A stretch of 64,000 nt of DNA from Sphingomonas sp. 32-66-10 (GTDB lineage: Bacteria; Pseudomonadota; Alphaproteobacteria; Sphingomonadales; Sphingomonadaceae), in contig NCEF01000007.1 of the NCBI GenBank assembly GCA_002280565.1, positions 16,138-80,137 on the forward strand, in the 5' to 3' direction. The notes under the pieces are model-generated. The model did not search any database and was not told the DNA's origin. It was given only the letters and a program-made list of their open reading frames with translations. Positions 32,258 to 42,741 of this stretch are shown one piece after another. The first letter of the stretch is position 1, and each line of letters begins with the position of its first letter. The position numbers and the translations under genes are program-made.

Positions 32258-32865
32258 AGCTCCACCCCCTGCCCGACGGGCTGGTTGACGTTGCGGGTCG
32301 CGTCCTTCTGACGCCGGTTGATCTGGCGCCAGACATTCTGCGTCTGCACCCCGCCGCGCTTGCGATGGGTCAGCACGATCGCGCCGACCATGGCGACGAG
32401 CAGGATGAAGCCGGCGGCCTCGAACAGATAGAGATAGCGGCTGTAGAGCAGCATGCCGATCGCTTCGATATTGTTCAGCTCAGGATCGATCGGCGCGACG
32501 CGCTTGGCCAGATCGATCTTGCCCGCAGTCCACGCCATCGTGCCGATCACGATCTCCGCCGCCAGCGCCACCGCGATGGCGAGGCCAAACACGGCATAGC
32601 GCACAAACCCGGCGCGCAGTTCGGCAAAGTCGATGTCGAGCATCATCACGACGAACAGGAACAGCACCGCGACCGCGCCGACATAGACGATGACCAGCAG
32701 CATCGCGATGAACTCGGCCCCCGCGAGCACCATCAGGCCGGCGGCATTGAAGAAGGCGAGGATCAGCCACAGCACCGAATGCACCGGGTTGCGGGCGGTA
32801 ATCGTCATCGCGGCGGAGAGGATCACCACCCCGGCGAAGAGATAGAAGGCGATTGCTTGGATCAT
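32254..32865 (-). CDS. nuoJ: NADH-quinone oxidoreductase subunit J
   Basis: [28 protein letters not shown]; start placed at MIQAIAF behind a GGGAG RBS. Confidence 0.95.
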   Translation of the reverse strand: MIQAIAFYLFAGVVILSAAMTITARNPVHSVLWLILAFFNAAGLMVLAGAEFIAMLLVIVYVGAVAVLFLFVVMMLDIDFAELRAGFVRYAVFGLAIAVALAAEIVIGTMAWTAGKIDLAKRVAPIDPELNNIEAIGMLLYSRYLYLFEAAGFILLVAMVGAIVLTHRKRGGVQTQNVWRQINRRQKDATRNVNQPVGQGVEL

Positions 32866-32882
32866 GCGCCTGCTCCCCCAGC

Positions 32883-32976
32883 CGTCATCCCCGCGCAGGC
32901 GGGGATCCATTCGCGCTGAATGTCGAAAGTGCCGCGACGGCTGCCAGAATGGATTCCCGCCTGCGCGGGAATGACG
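32883..32976. repeat. CGTC-tagged paired palindrome (REP dimer) inside the nuo operon
   Basis: CGTCATCCCCGCGCAGGCGGGGATCCATTC...GAATGGATTCCCGCCTGCGCGGGAATGACG. Confidence 0.9.
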
Positions 32977-33024
32977 ATGGTGTGTGTGACGGTCACGAAA
33001 AGGCCCCTGAGACTCGGCACGCGC

Positions 33025-33510
33025 TTACCGATACGGTGCATCGGCGGCAAGGTTCGCGGCGATTGCGCGTTCCCAGCGATCGCCGTTCGCGAGCAGCTTG
33101 TCCTTGTGATAGATCAGCTCCTCACGGGTTTCGGTCGCGAATTCGAAGTTCGGCCCCTCGACGATGGCGTCCACCGGGCATGCCTCCTGACACAGGCCGC
33201 AATAGATGCACTTGGTCATGTCGATGTCGTAGCGCGTGGTGCGCCGGCTGCCGTCGTCACGCGGTTCGGCCTCGATCGTGATCGCCAGCGCCGGGCACAC
33301 CGCCTCGCACAGCTTGCACGCGATGCAGCGTTCCTCGCCATTCGGATAGCGGCGCAGCGCATGCTCGCCGCGAAAGCGGGGCGAGATCGGGTTCTTTTCG
33401 TACGGATAGTTGATCGTCGCCTTGGGCTTGAAGAAATACTTCAGCGTGAGGGCATGCGCCTTCACGAATTCCCACAGGGTGAACGAACGGACGAGTTGGG
33501 CGACGCTCAT
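33025..33510 (-). CDS. nuoI: NADH-quinone oxidoreductase subunit I
   Basis: [12 protein letters not shown] and [12 protein letters not shown]. Confidence 0.98.
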   Translation of the reverse strand: MSVAQLVRSFTLWEFVKAHALTLKYFFKPKATINYPYEKNPISPRFRGEHALRRYPNGEERCIACKLCEAVCPALAITIEAEPRDDGSRRTTRYDIDMTKCIYCGLCQEACPVDAIVEGPNFEFATETREELIYHKDKLLANGDRWERAIAANLAADAPYR

Positions 33511-34559
33511 GCGGGAACTCCAACGCGGACCAGCATCAGATAGCCGGAGACTGCGAACACGAAAAACAGGGACAGCGGCAGGAAGATCTTCCAGCCCAGG
33601 CGCATCAGCTGGTCATAGCGGTAGCGCGGGACGGTTGCCTTGATCCACGAGAAGATGAAGAAGAAGACGAGGATCTTGATGAACAGCCAGATGATGCCCG
33701 GCACCGCATAGAGCGGCGCCCAGTCGATCGGGGGCAGATAGCCGCCCCAGAACAGCACCGCGTTGAGCGTGCACATCAGGATCACGTTGGCATATTCGCC
33801 GAGCCAGTAGAGCGCGAAGGCCATCGACGAATATTCGGTCTGATAGCCCGCGACCAGCTCGCTCTCCGCCTCGGTCAGGTCGAACGGCGCGCGCGCGGTT
33901 TCGGCGAGGGCGGAGATCAGGAACACCACCGCCATCGGGAACAGCAGCGGGTTGAAGCCGAAGCCGTTGAAGATGCCGAGCACATGCCCCTGCTGCGCAT
34001 TGACGATGCCCGACAGGTTGAACGTCCCCGCCCACAGCACCACCGCGATCAGCACGAAGCCGATCGAGACTTCGTAGGACACCATCTGCGCCGCGGCGCG
34101 GATCGCCGAGTAGAAGGGATATTTGGAGTTCGACGCCCAGCCGGCGAGGATCACGCCATAGACGCCCAGCGACGACGCCGCGAGGATGTAGAGCAGGCCG
34201 ACATTGATGTTCGACAGCACCACGCCCGCCTGGAACGGGATCACCGCCCACACGATCAGCGCGACGGTGAAGGTGATGATCGGCGCGAGCAGGAACAGCC
34301 CCTTGTTCGCGCTCGACGGGATGATGGTTTCCTGAAGGAAGACCTTGAGGCCATCCGCGAACGACTGGAGCAGGCCAAGCGGGCCGACGACGTTCGGACC
34401 ACGGCGCAGCGCCATCGCCGCCCAGATCTTGCGATCGGCATAGATGATCATGGCAACGGCCAGCATCAGCGGCAGCGCGATCAGCAGGATGCCCGCGATC
34501 GTCGCGACGAACCACGCCCATTCGAAGGACATGCCGAGGGATTGGAAGAAAGCGGTCAT
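33507..34559 (-). CDS. nuoH: NADH-quinone oxidoreductase subunit H
   Basis: [40 protein letters not shown]. Confidence 0.98.
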   Translation of the reverse strand: MTAFFQSLGMSFEWAWFVATIAGILLIALPLMLAVAMIIYADRKIWAAMALRRGPNVVGPLGLLQSFADGLKVFLQETIIPSSANKGLFLLAPIITFTVALIVWAVIPFQAGVVLSNINVGLLYILAASSLGVYGVILAGWASNSKYPFYSAIRAAAQMVSYEVSIGFVLIAVVLWAGTFNLSGIVNAQQGHVLGIFNGFGFNPLLFPMAVVFLISALAETARAPFDLTEAESELVAGYQTEYSSMAFALYWLGEYANVILMCTLNAVLFWGGYLPPIDWAPLYAVPGIIWLFIKILVFFFIFSWIKATVPRYRYDQLMRLGWKIFLPLSLFFVFAVSGYLMLVRVGVPA

Positions 34560-34569
34560 GCGCGGTCCA

Positions 34570-34707
34570 TCACAGAAAGCGAGCCCATAGCGGTATGGTT
34601 AGCAATGCAACGCAGACCGCCCCCAAAAACCCGGTCAGCGCGACCCGAACCCATTTGCGCTCCGACATCGCCAGTCGTTCGAACACAGCTTGCAAAATTT
34701 CGCTCAT
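34570..34707 (-). CDS. Small single-TM ORF between nuoG and nuoH (45 aa)
   Basis: [45 protein letters not shown]; fills the intergenic gap. Confidence 0.55.
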   Translation of the reverse strand: MSEILQAVFERLAMSERKWVRVALTGFLGAVCVALLTIPLWARFL

Positions 34708-34713
34708 GCCGGG

Positions 34714-36706
34714 TCATTCCGCCGCCTCCGCGAAATCCTGCCCGTGCACCAGCTCCGCCGAGCAGCGCTGCATCGTTGGCGATGCGCGGCAGATGGCGTT
34801 GGTCAGGTAGAAGTCGGCGATCGGGTAGGCGACCTCCCCTTCCCCCTTGGCGTCGAGCGCGGGCGGGTTCCAGTCGAAGCTGGCGAGCCCTTCGCTGCCC
34901 AGCGCCGGCACTTCGGCGGCCATCGCCGCGCGCAGTTCGCCAAAGCTGTCGAACGGCAGCGTCTTGCCCATCACTTCGGACAGCGCACGCAGAATCGTCC
35001 AGTCCTCACGCGCGTCACCGGGGGCCGAAACCGCCTTCTCGCTGCGCTGGACCCGGCCTTCCAGATTGACATAGGTGCCGTGCTTTTCGGCATAGCTCGC
35101 GCCCGGCAGGATCACGTCCGCCGCATGCGCGCCCTTGTCGCCATGATGGCCGATATAGACGTTGAAGCTGTTGGCGAAGGCTGAGAAATCGACCTCGTCC
35201 GCGCCGAGGAAGAAGGTCAGCTTCGGCTCTGCCGCGACGATGTCGGCAATGCCGCCCTTCGACGCGAAACCGAGCATCAGGCCGCCCATGCGGCTCGCCG
35301 CCATGTGCAGGACGTTGAAACCGTTCCAGCCCTCACGCACCAGATCGAGCTTCTTCGCCAGCGCCAGTGCCGCGCCATGTCCGTTCTTGAGCGCCGCGCC
35401 GCCGACAATGACCATCGGGCGCGCGGCATCCTTGAACGCATCCGCCGCCGCCTGGGGCAGCTTGCCGAGCAGGCCGAGATCGTTGCCGAGCCAGGTCGTC
35501 TTGTAGGTCAGGTCGGTTTCCGGCCCGATCGCGAAGACCTTCGCGCCGCGCTTGATCGCCTTGCGCACGCGGGTATTCACCAGCGGCGCTTCCCAGCGCA
35601 GATTGGTGCCGGCCAGCAGGATCACGTCCGCCGTCTCGACGCCCGCAATGGTGGTGTTGAAATTCACCGCCGACAGCGACGACGTGTCATACGCCATGCC
35701 GGTCTGACGCCCTTCGAGCAGGGTCGAGCCGAACGACTGGACCAGCTTCTTGGCGGCAAAGATCGTCTCGCAATCGAGCAGGTCGCCATGGATCGCGGCG
35801 ACCTTGTCCCCCGCGCCCTTGGCCGCGACGGCGATGGCGGCGAACGCCTCGTCCCAGGTCGATTCGACCAGCTTGCCGTCCTTGCGGACATAGGGCTTGT
35901 CGAGGCGACGGAAGCTGAGGCCGTCGACATGGTGGCGCGTCTTGTCGTGCGCCCATTCCTCGTTCACGTCCTCGTTGATGCGCGGCAGGACGCGCAGCAC
36001 GCCGCGACCGCGGCTGTCGATGCGGATATTGGTGCCGACCGCGTCCATCACGTCGATCGCAAGCGTCTTCTTGAGCTCCCACGGGCGCGCTTCGAACGCA
36101 TAGGGTTTCGACGTAAGCGCGCCGACCGGGCACAGGTCGACGACATTGCCCGACAGTTCGGACGTCACCGCCTGCTCCAGATACGAGGTGATCTGCATAT
36201 TCTCGCCGCGATAGATCGCGCCGATTTCCTCGACCCCCGCAACCTCTTCGGCAAAGCGGACGCAGCGGGTGCACTGGATGCAGCGGGTCATCACCGTCTT
36301 GACGATGGGACCCATATATTTCTCGGTCACCGCGCGCTTGTTTTCGCTGTAGCGGCTATGGCCGCGACCATAGGCGATCGACTGGTCCTGCAAGTCGCAC
36401 TCGCCGCCCTGATCGCAGATCGGGCAGTCGAGCGGGTGGTTGATCAGCAGGAATTCCATCACGCCTTCGCGCGCGGCCTTCACCATCGCGCTGTCGGTGC
36501 GGACGTCCTGATTATCGGCGGCGGGCCTGCGGCTTGGGCGGCCCGGGCTTCACCTCGACCAGGCACATGCGGCAATTGCCCGCAATGCTCAGCCGCTCAT
36601 GGTAGCAGAAACGCGGAATTTCCTTGCCCGCGGCTTCGCACGCCTGGAGCACGGTGGCGCCCTGCGGCACCTCCACTTCAATTCCGTCGACAGTCAGCTT
36701 CGGCAT
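34714..36706 (-). pseudogene. nuoG: NuoG, frameshifted at about 36525 (or assembly error)
   Basis: Fragment 36512-36706 ends [20 protein letters not shown]-stop; a second frame resumes [43 protein letters not shown]. Confidence 0.9.
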
Positions 36707-36721
36707 AACTTCAGATCCAGT

Positions 36722-37318
36722 TCAGGCGCCGGCGCCGGTGCGGTGCAGATACAGCCCCTCGGCCATCAGGCCGCGCAGCATTTCGCGGTCGAAACCGAGC
36801 TTGGCACCCTTGGGCGTGCAGCCGGCAATGGCGGGCATCACCTTGCGCAGCGCCTCGCGCTCGGCATTCGAATTCAGTTCGGCACGCAGCAACGCATCGG
36901 CACCGACCGGGTCGCGCATCGCGGCGCAACGGGTGACGTCATAGCTGGCCAGCGCCACGTCGCCGCTGCCCTGGAACGCAGCGGGCTCGCCGGTCGGCGC
37001 GGCGGGTGCAGCGGCATAATCGGCGAGGTAAAGCTGCTCGGCCAGCGCGCCGCGCAGCGATGCTGGCGTCATCTTGAGCTTGCCGCCATCGCCGGCCGGA
37101 CCGCGCAGGCAGCCGCTGCGCTCCTTTGCCATGCGCTTCATCGCGGTCTCTGCGTCCTTGCTCTCCGGCGCGGTGGCAAGGAAGGCGCGCGCCTCTGCCT
37201 TGTCGCCACGCACGACGCAGGCAGCGAATTGCTGCATGATGCGATAGCTGCGCGGGTCGACCGTCTGAACGGCAGGCGTCGCGGGCGCGGCAAGCGCCAG
37301 GGTCAGTGCCAGAATCAT
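36722..37318 (-). CDS. Secreted Cys-containing hypothetical protein between nuoF and nuoG
   Basis: Signal peptide; two internal repeats (FAACVVR...GCL...[10 protein letters not shown] and TRCAAMR...GCT...[10 protein letters not shown]); ATGA overlap with nuoF. Confidence 0.8.
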   Translation of the reverse strand: MILALTLALAAPATPAVQTVDPRSYRIMQQFAACVVRGDKAEARAFLATAPESKDAETAMKRMAKERSGCLRGPAGDGGKLKMTPASLRGALAEQLYLADYAAAPAAPTGEPAAFQGSGDVALASYDVTRCAAMRDPVGADALLRAELNSNAEREALRKVMPAIAGCTPKGAKLGFDREMLRGLMAEGLYLHRTGAGA

Positions 37319-38619
37319 TCCGCAGCCTCCTGCATCGGGTTCAGTCCGCCGCCCTGCTTTTCAAGGATGCGCCGCTCCATTTCGGGGCGGAAATGCTTGA
37401 TCAGGCCCTGGATCGGCCATGCCGCCGCGTCGCCGAGCGCGCAGATGGTGTGGCCTTCGACCTGCTTGGTAACGTTGAACAGCGTGTCGATCTCGCTGAT
37501 GTCGGCATCGCCGGTGCGCATCCGCTCCATCACGCGCCACATCCAGCCGGTGCCCTCACGGCACGGGGTGCATTGGCCGCAGCTTTCATGCTTGTAGAAG
37601 TACGAAATGCGGCTGATCGCGGCGACGATGTCAGTGGACTTGTCCATCACGATCACGGCCGCCGTACCAAGGCCCGAGCCAAGCGCGCGCAGGCCGTCGA
37701 AATCCATCGGCGCGTCCATGATCTCCGCCGCCGGGACCAAAGGCACCGACGATCCGCCGGGGATCACGGCGAGGAGGTTGTCCCAGCCGCCGCGGATGCC
37801 GCCGCAATGCTTTTCGATCAGCTCGCGGAACGGGATCGACATGCTTTCCTCGACCACGCACGGCTTTTCGACGTGACCGCTGATCTGGAACAGCTTGGTG
37901 CCCTTGTTGTTCTCGCGGCCAAAGCTCGCGAACCATTCGGGGCTGCGGCGCAGGATCGTCGGCGCAACCGCGATCGATTCGACATTGTTGACCGTGGTCG
38001 GGCAGCCATAGAGGCCCGCGCCGGCCGGGAACGGTGGCTTGAGGCGCGGCTGGCCCTTCTTGCCCTCCAGGCTCTCGATCATCGCGGTCTCTTCGCCGCA
38101 GATGTACGCGCCCGCGCCGCGATGGCAGAAAACGTCGAAATCATAGCCCGAGCCGCAGGCATTTTTGCCCAGCAGACCCTTGGCGTAGGCCTCCTCGATC
38201 GCCTTGAACAGCGTCTCGGCCTCGCGGATATATTCGCCGCGGATGTAGATATAGGCCGCGCGCGCGCGCATCGCGAAGCCCGCGACCAGCGCGCCTTCCA
38301 GCAGCAGATGCGGGTCGTGGCGGATGATCTCGCGGTCCTTGCACGAACCCGGTTCGGATTCGTCGGCATTGATGACCAGGAAGCTCGGCCGCTCCGGCGT
38401 CGGATTCTTGGGCATGAACGACCACTTCATGCCGGTCGGGAACCCCGCCCCGCCGCGCCCGCGCAGGCCCGACGCCTTGATCTTTTCGATGATCGTGTCG
38501 GGGCCGAGTTCGAGCAGCTTCTTGGTATTGTCCCACGCGCCGCGCTTGATCGCAGCATCCAGGGTCCACGGCTGATAGCCGTAGAGATTGGTGAAAATCC
38601 GGTCCTTGTCCGCGAGCAT
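37315..38619 (-). CDS. nuoF: NADH-quinone oxidoreductase subunit F
   Basis: [48 protein letters not shown]. Confidence 0.98.
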   Translation of the reverse strand: MLADKDRIFTNLYGYQPWTLDAAIKRGAWDNTKKLLELGPDTIIEKIKASGLRGRGGAGFPTGMKWSFMPKNPTPERPSFLVINADESEPGSCKDREIIRHDPHLLLEGALVAGFAMRARAAYIYIRGEYIREAETLFKAIEEAYAKGLLGKNACGSGYDFDVFCHRGAGAYICGEETAMIESLEGKKGQPRLKPPFPAGAGLYGCPTTVNNVESIAVAPTILRRSPEWFASFGRENNKGTKLFQISGHVEKPCVVEESMSIPFRELIEKHCGGIRGGWDNLLAVIPGGSSVPLVPAAEIMDAPMDFDGLRALGSGLGTAAVIVMDKSTDIVAAISRISYFYKHESCGQCTPCREGTGWMWRVMERMRTGDADISEIDTLFNVTKQVEGHTICALGDAAAWPIQGLIKHFRPEMERRILEKQGGGLNPMQEAAE

Positions 38620-38620
38620 G

Positions 38621-38794
38621 TTAACGCGGCCCTCCGATACGCTTGTTGTCCTTGACCACGAGGTAGATCGCGACGCCCGCACCGATCACGAGCAGCGGCA
38701 CGAACAGTTTCGCGGCCAATTTCAGCGCCCAGATCGCGACGACGATGCCACCGATGATGGCGAGGATCGTGAAGATCGTGTTCTTGCTCACCAT
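38621..38794 (-). CDS. Small two-TM protein between nuoE and nuoF (57 aa)
   Basis: [57 protein letters not shown]; AGGAG RBS; its 3' end carries the GGAGG RBS of nuoF. Confidence 0.75.
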   Translation of the reverse strand: MVSKNTIFTILAIIGGIVVAIWALKLAAKLFVPLLVIGAGVAIYLVVKDNKRIGGPR

Positions 38795-39456
38795 TCGCTC
38801 CTGTAGTCGTGGTTTTCGGACACCATCGCGGTCAGGCTGGTCGGACCGCCCAGCGGCTCGACGGTGTGGCGACCGGGTTCCTGCGTGCCCGCCTTGGGGC
38901 TCTTGCCCTGCGCCAGCGCGTCGAGGATCGCGACGGTGCGGTCGTAGTTCAGATCCTCGAAATTATCGTCGTTGATCTGGACCATCGGCGCAGACGCGCA
39001 ATTGCCCATGCACTCGACCTCGGTCAGCGTGAACAGGCCATCGGGCGTGGTCTTGCCCTTGGCCATGCCGCGGTTCTTGCACGCCGCGAACACCTCGTCC
39101 GATCCGCGCAGCCAGCACGGCGTCGTGCCGCACACCTGCACATGATATTTGCCGACCGGGTGCAGGTTGAACATCGTGTAGAAAGTCGCGACCTCCAGCA
39201 CGCGGATCACCGCCATGTCGAGATCGCGCGCGACGAATTCGATTACCGGGATCGGCAGCCACCCCTGCGTATCCGTCTCCGCCCCGACCTGACGTTGCGC
39301 CAGGTCGAGATAGGGGATGGTGCAGCTCATCTGCCGCCCCTCGGGATAGCGCGCGCGGATGGTCGCGGCCTTGGCGGCGTTCTCCGCCGTCCAGGCGAAA
39401 TTGCCCCAGCGTGCGCGGAGTTCCGGCGTGTCTTCGATTGCGTTTGCGTCGGCCAT
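38788..39456 (-). CDS. nuoE: NADH-quinone oxidoreductase subunit E
   Basis: EVATFYTMF, VCGTTPC, VECMGNC. Confidence 0.97.
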   Translation of the reverse strand: MADANAIEDTPELRARWGNFAWTAENAAKAATIRARYPEGRQMSCTIPYLDLAQRQVGAETDTQGWLPIPVIEFVARDLDMAVIRVLEVATFYTMFNLHPVGKYHVQVCGTTPCWLRGSDEVFAACKNRGMAKGKTTPDGLFTLTEVECMGNCASAPMVQINDDNFEDLNYDRTVAILDALAQGKSPKAGTQEPGRHTVEPLGGPTSLTAMVSENHDYRSEW

Positions 39457-39824
39457 TAGCGGATGAACTCCACGCGGCTCACCTTGTCGCCGCTGAAGGT
39501 GTAGATGGACATGACCTCGAACTGCTCGCCATCGGGCGCGCGCGAGACCGTTTCGTGGAGCAGCACCGTCTCCCCCAGCTCATAGCTGGCGAGGATGTCG
39601 GCGCGGTTGTGCGGGAACTGGGCGAACATCGCCTTGAGCCCCGCGCGGACGCCTTCCTTGCCCTCACGCAGCACCGCGCCGCGATAGCCCGCTTCACAGG
39701 CATCGTCGGTCATCAGCGCGACATAGGCGTCGGCATCCTGCGTATTGTAATGCGCGATCATTGCGTGCGCGGTCGCGATGCGGGTGCTCACGGGCGCGTC
39801 CTGGAGGGTGAGGGTGTCAGCCAT
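39456..39824 (-). CDS. SnoaL/NTF2-like protein between nuoD and nuoE
   Basis: HYNTQDADAYVALMTDD...GKEGVR...VLLHETVSR...SIYTFSGDKVSRVEF. Confidence 0.85.
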   Translation of the reverse strand: MADTLTLQDAPVSTRIATAHAMIAHYNTQDADAYVALMTDDACEAGYRGAVLREGKEGVRAGLKAMFAQFPHNRADILASYELGETVLLHETVSRAPDGEQFEVMSIYTFSGDKVSRVEFIR

Positions 39825-40038
39825 TCACTTCACTCTTGATCGCATCGGCCGCGCCGAGTGCGTCGCGATTTCCATAGCCACTGAACCAACTGAAAAGCGC
39901 GATCATGCCGAAAATCAGGAAGCCGGCTTGCAGAGCCCCTGAAAGCATCTCAGGTAACGCGATCACGCCAAAACGATCAAGCAAGCTGGTGATCGCCAGC
40001 ACGGCAACCAACGCGGCCGAGGCCCGAAACAAGCTCAC
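39817..40038 (-). CDS. Small two-TM ORF after nuoD (73 aa)
   Basis: GTG overlapping the nuoD stop; [19 protein letters not shown]...[15 protein letters not shown]; more A/T-ending codons than the nuo genes. Confidence 0.6.
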   Translation of the reverse strand: MSLFRASAALVAVLAITSLLDRFGVIALPEMLSGALQAGFLIFGMIALFSWFSGYGNRDALGAADAIKSEVNG

Positions 40039-41270
40039 CGGTCGCACTCCCCGAACACGATATCCATCGCGCCCAGAATCGCCGTGATATCCGCCAGCAT
40101 GTGCCCGCGCGACATGAAGTCCATCGCCTGCAAATGGCTGAACGCCGTCGGGCGAATCTTGCAGCGATAGGGTTTGTTCGACCCGTCGCTGACCATGTAG
40201 ATGCCGAACTCGCCCTTGGGGCTTTCGGTCGCGACGTACACTTCGCCTGCGGGCACGTGGAAGCCCTCGGTATAGAGCTTGAAGTGATGGATCAGCGCTT
40301 CCATCGACTGCTTCATCTCGGCGCGCTTGGGCGGCACCACCTTGCGGTCGAGCGACGCGATCGGGCCCGACGGCATCTCGTTCAGGCACTGCTTCATGAT
40401 GCGCGCGGACTGATACACCTCCTCGACGCGGACCATGAAGCGGTCATAGCAATCGCCGCGCGTGCCGACCGGGATTTCGAAATCCATGCGGTCATACACG
40501 TCATAGGGCTGCGACTTGCGCAGGTCCCACGGAGTGCCCGCCGCGCGGATCATCGGGCCGGAAAAGCCCCACTTCACCGCGTCGTCGCGGTTGACGATCG
40601 CGATGTCGACATTGCGCTGCTTGAAGATGCGGTTTTCCGCGACCAGGCTGATCGCGTCGCCGAACAGCTGCGGCAGGCGCGTGTCGAGCCAGTCGCCGAT
40701 ATCGGTCAGCAGCTTGAGCGGCACGTCCTGATGCACGCCGCCGGGGCGCAGGTAATTGTGGTGCATGCGCGCGCCGGACATGCGCTCGAAGAAGTTGAGG
40801 CAGTCCTCGCGCAGCTCGAACATCCACAGGTTCGGCGTCATCGCGCCGACGTCCATCACATGCGCGCCAAGGTTGAGCATGTGGTTGCAGATGCGCGTCA
40901 GCTCGGCGAAGAACACGCGCAGATATTGCGCGCGCACCGGCACTTCGAGGTCGAGCAGCTTTTCGACCGCGAGCACGAAGCTGTGCTCCATCGCCAGCGG
41001 CGAGCAATAGTCGAGGCGATCCATATACGGGAGCGCCTGGGTATAGGTCTTGTACTCGATCAGCTTTTCGGTGCCGCGATGGAGCAGGCCGACATGCGGG
41101 TCGATCCGCTCGATAATCTCGCCGTCCAGCTCGGTGACGAGGCGCAACACGCCGTGCGCCGCCGGGTGCTGCGGGCCGAAGTTGATCGTGTAGTTGGCGA
41201 TCGCGGTGTCGCCGACGCTGGGGTCAGCGGCGTCGGTGCGACCGGCGATTTCGTCGAGATAGTCAGCCAT
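40035..41270 (-). CDS. nuoD: NADH-quinone oxidoreductase subunit D
   Basis: [37 protein letters not shown]. Confidence 0.98.
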   Translation of the reverse strand: MADYLDEIAGRTDAADPSVGDTAIANYTINFGPQHPAAHGVLRLVTELDGEIIERIDPHVGLLHRGTEKLIEYKTYTQALPYMDRLDYCSPLAMEHSFVLAVEKLLDLEVPVRAQYLRVFFAELTRICNHMLNLGAHVMDVGAMTPNLWMFELREDCLNFFERMSGARMHHNYLRPGGVHQDVPLKLLTDIGDWLDTRLPQLFGDAISLVAENRIFKQRNVDIAIVNRDDAVKWGFSGPMIRAAGTPWDLRKSQPYDVYDRMDFEIPVGTRGDCYDRFMVRVEEVYQSARIMKQCLNEMPSGPIASLDRKVVPPKRAEMKQSMEALIHHFKLYTEGFHVPAGEVYVATESPKGEFGIYMVSDGSNKPYRCKIRPTAFSHLQAMDFMSRGHMLADITAILGAMDIVFGECDR

Positions 41271-42205
41271 TACGCTTCACCCTCCCCCTTGGGCTTGCGC
41301 GGTGCGCGCGGCTTGCGGGGTTTCTTGGCATCTTCCTGCGGCACGTCGGAATCGACCGGAGCGGGACCGGCTTCGGGCGAAGCCTTGCCGATGCCGGTGT
41401 CCTGAGGGCCATCGCTGGTCTTGGGCGTGCGACCACGCCCCTTGACCGGCTTCACCGAGTCGTCGGCTTCCTTGACCTGCTCGGCGGTCGCCGGAGTCGG
41501 CGCGCCCTTTGCCTCGGGGGCAGCGGCGGGCTTGTCCTCGACCTTCGCGGTCGGCGGCGGGGCCGGGGGTGCAGGCGGTGGCGGCGGCGCGACGTACTTC
41601 TCGTCGCCCGGCAGCACATATTGCGCGCCTTCCCACGGGCTCATGAAGTCGAAATTGCGGAAGTCCTGCGCCAGCTGCACCGGCTCATAGACCACGCGCT
41701 TGTCGGCTTCCGAATAGCGCAGCTCGACGAAGCCGGAGAGCGGGAAGTCCTTGCGCTGCGGATGACCGCGAAAACCATAGTCGGTCAGGATGCGGCGGAG
41801 GTCGCTATTCCCTTCGAACAGCACGCCGTACATGTCGTACACTTCGCGCTCGAGCCAGCCGGCGACCGGCCAGATCGACGTCACCGACGGGACGGGCTGA
41901 ACCTCATCCGTCGTCACGCGAACGCGGATGCGGTGGTTGCGGGTGTAGCTGAGCAGCATGTAGCAGACATCGAACCGCTCGGCGCGCTCGGGATAATCCA
42001 CCCCGGCGATTTCCATCAGCGCCTGATACTGTAAGCCCGCGCCATCACGCAGCGCGATCATCGCTTCCACCAGCCGGGTGCGATCGACGGTCAGATTGAC
42101 CTCACCGACCAGATCACTCGCCTCGATCAGCATATCGCCGAGCGCAGCCTGCGCCGCCGCGATCACGCCGTCATTCGCGGCATATTTGGGAGCCGGGGCA
42201 CGCAT
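41270..42205 (-). CDS. nuoC: NADH-quinone oxidoreductase subunit C with long C-terminal tail
   Basis: [41 protein letters not shown]. Confidence 0.96.
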   Translation of the reverse strand: MRAPAPKYAANDGVIAAAQAALGDMLIEASDLVGEVNLTVDRTRLVEAMIALRDGAGLQYQALMEIAGVDYPERAERFDVCYMLLSYTRNHRIRVRVTTDEVQPVPSVTSIWPVAGWLEREVYDMYGVLFEGNSDLRRILTDYGFRGHPQRKDFPLSGFVELRYSEADKRVVYEPVQLAQDFRNFDFMSPWEGAQYVLPGDEKYVAPPPPPAPPAPPPTAKVEDKPAAAPEAKGAPTPATAEQVKEADDSVKPVKGRGRTPKTSDGPQDTGIGKASPEAGPAPVDSDVPQEDAKKPRKPRAPRKPKGEGEA

Positions 42206-42741
42206 CAGTTCTTCACCTCGATCGACCCATAGAAGCGATCAATGGCCGCCCCCATATCCGCAATTTCACTTGCGCCCGGCATGGAACCGGCGACGACTGT
42301 AACGATCTTCTTTGGCCCGACCTCGATAAAACCGGTCTGAGCAATGGTACCGCCCCGAACAGCCCGATTGATGATCGCGCGCCGACCGGCGATCACCGTC
42401 TGGCCGGGCTTGCCCTGCGCGGGCGCCCGCTTGCCAAGCATCTCGACGAGATGATCATATGCCGAAACGCCGGCAGGGGCGTCATTCACATCGATCACAC
42501 CCGCCATGAACGCGCGCCCGCCGGCTCGGCACAGAATCCGCGATTCCGGCACATAGTTGCGGATCGGCAATTGGGCATTGGGGATAGCGCGCCCGGCATG
42601 AATCTCCCCTGCGGTGCACGGGGTTTCGGCCGACAGGGTACCGTCAGGCGACACCGTCCGCGACCACACAAGCGCGTCACTCGACACTGCGGCCAGCGCC
42701 AGTCCCACCGCACCCATCGCGATTGTTCCCGATGCGATCAC
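42205..42741 (-). CDS. Exported hypothetical protein between nuoB and nuoC
   Basis: 178 aa with hydrophobic N-terminus; GTGA and TGATG overlaps with nuoB and nuoC. Confidence 0.7.
   Translation of the reverse strand: MIASGTIAMGAVGLALAAVSSDALVWSRTVSPDGTLSAETPCTAGEIHAGRAIPNAQLPIRNYVPESRILCRAGGRAFMAGVIDVNDAPAGVSAYDHLVEMLGKRAPAQGKPGQTVIAGRRAIINRAVRGGTIAQTGFIEVGPKKIVTVVAGSMPGASEIADMGAAIDRFYGSIEVKN

Noticed and set aside
32862-33050. 62-aa ORF between nuoI and nuoJ
   Set aside because: It is mostly a translation of the palindromic repeat (VIPAQAGIH, WIPACAGMT).
36512-36545. Programmed ribosomal frameshift in nuoG
   Set aside because: No slippery sequence, and conserved residues including a Cys ligand are absent from all frames.
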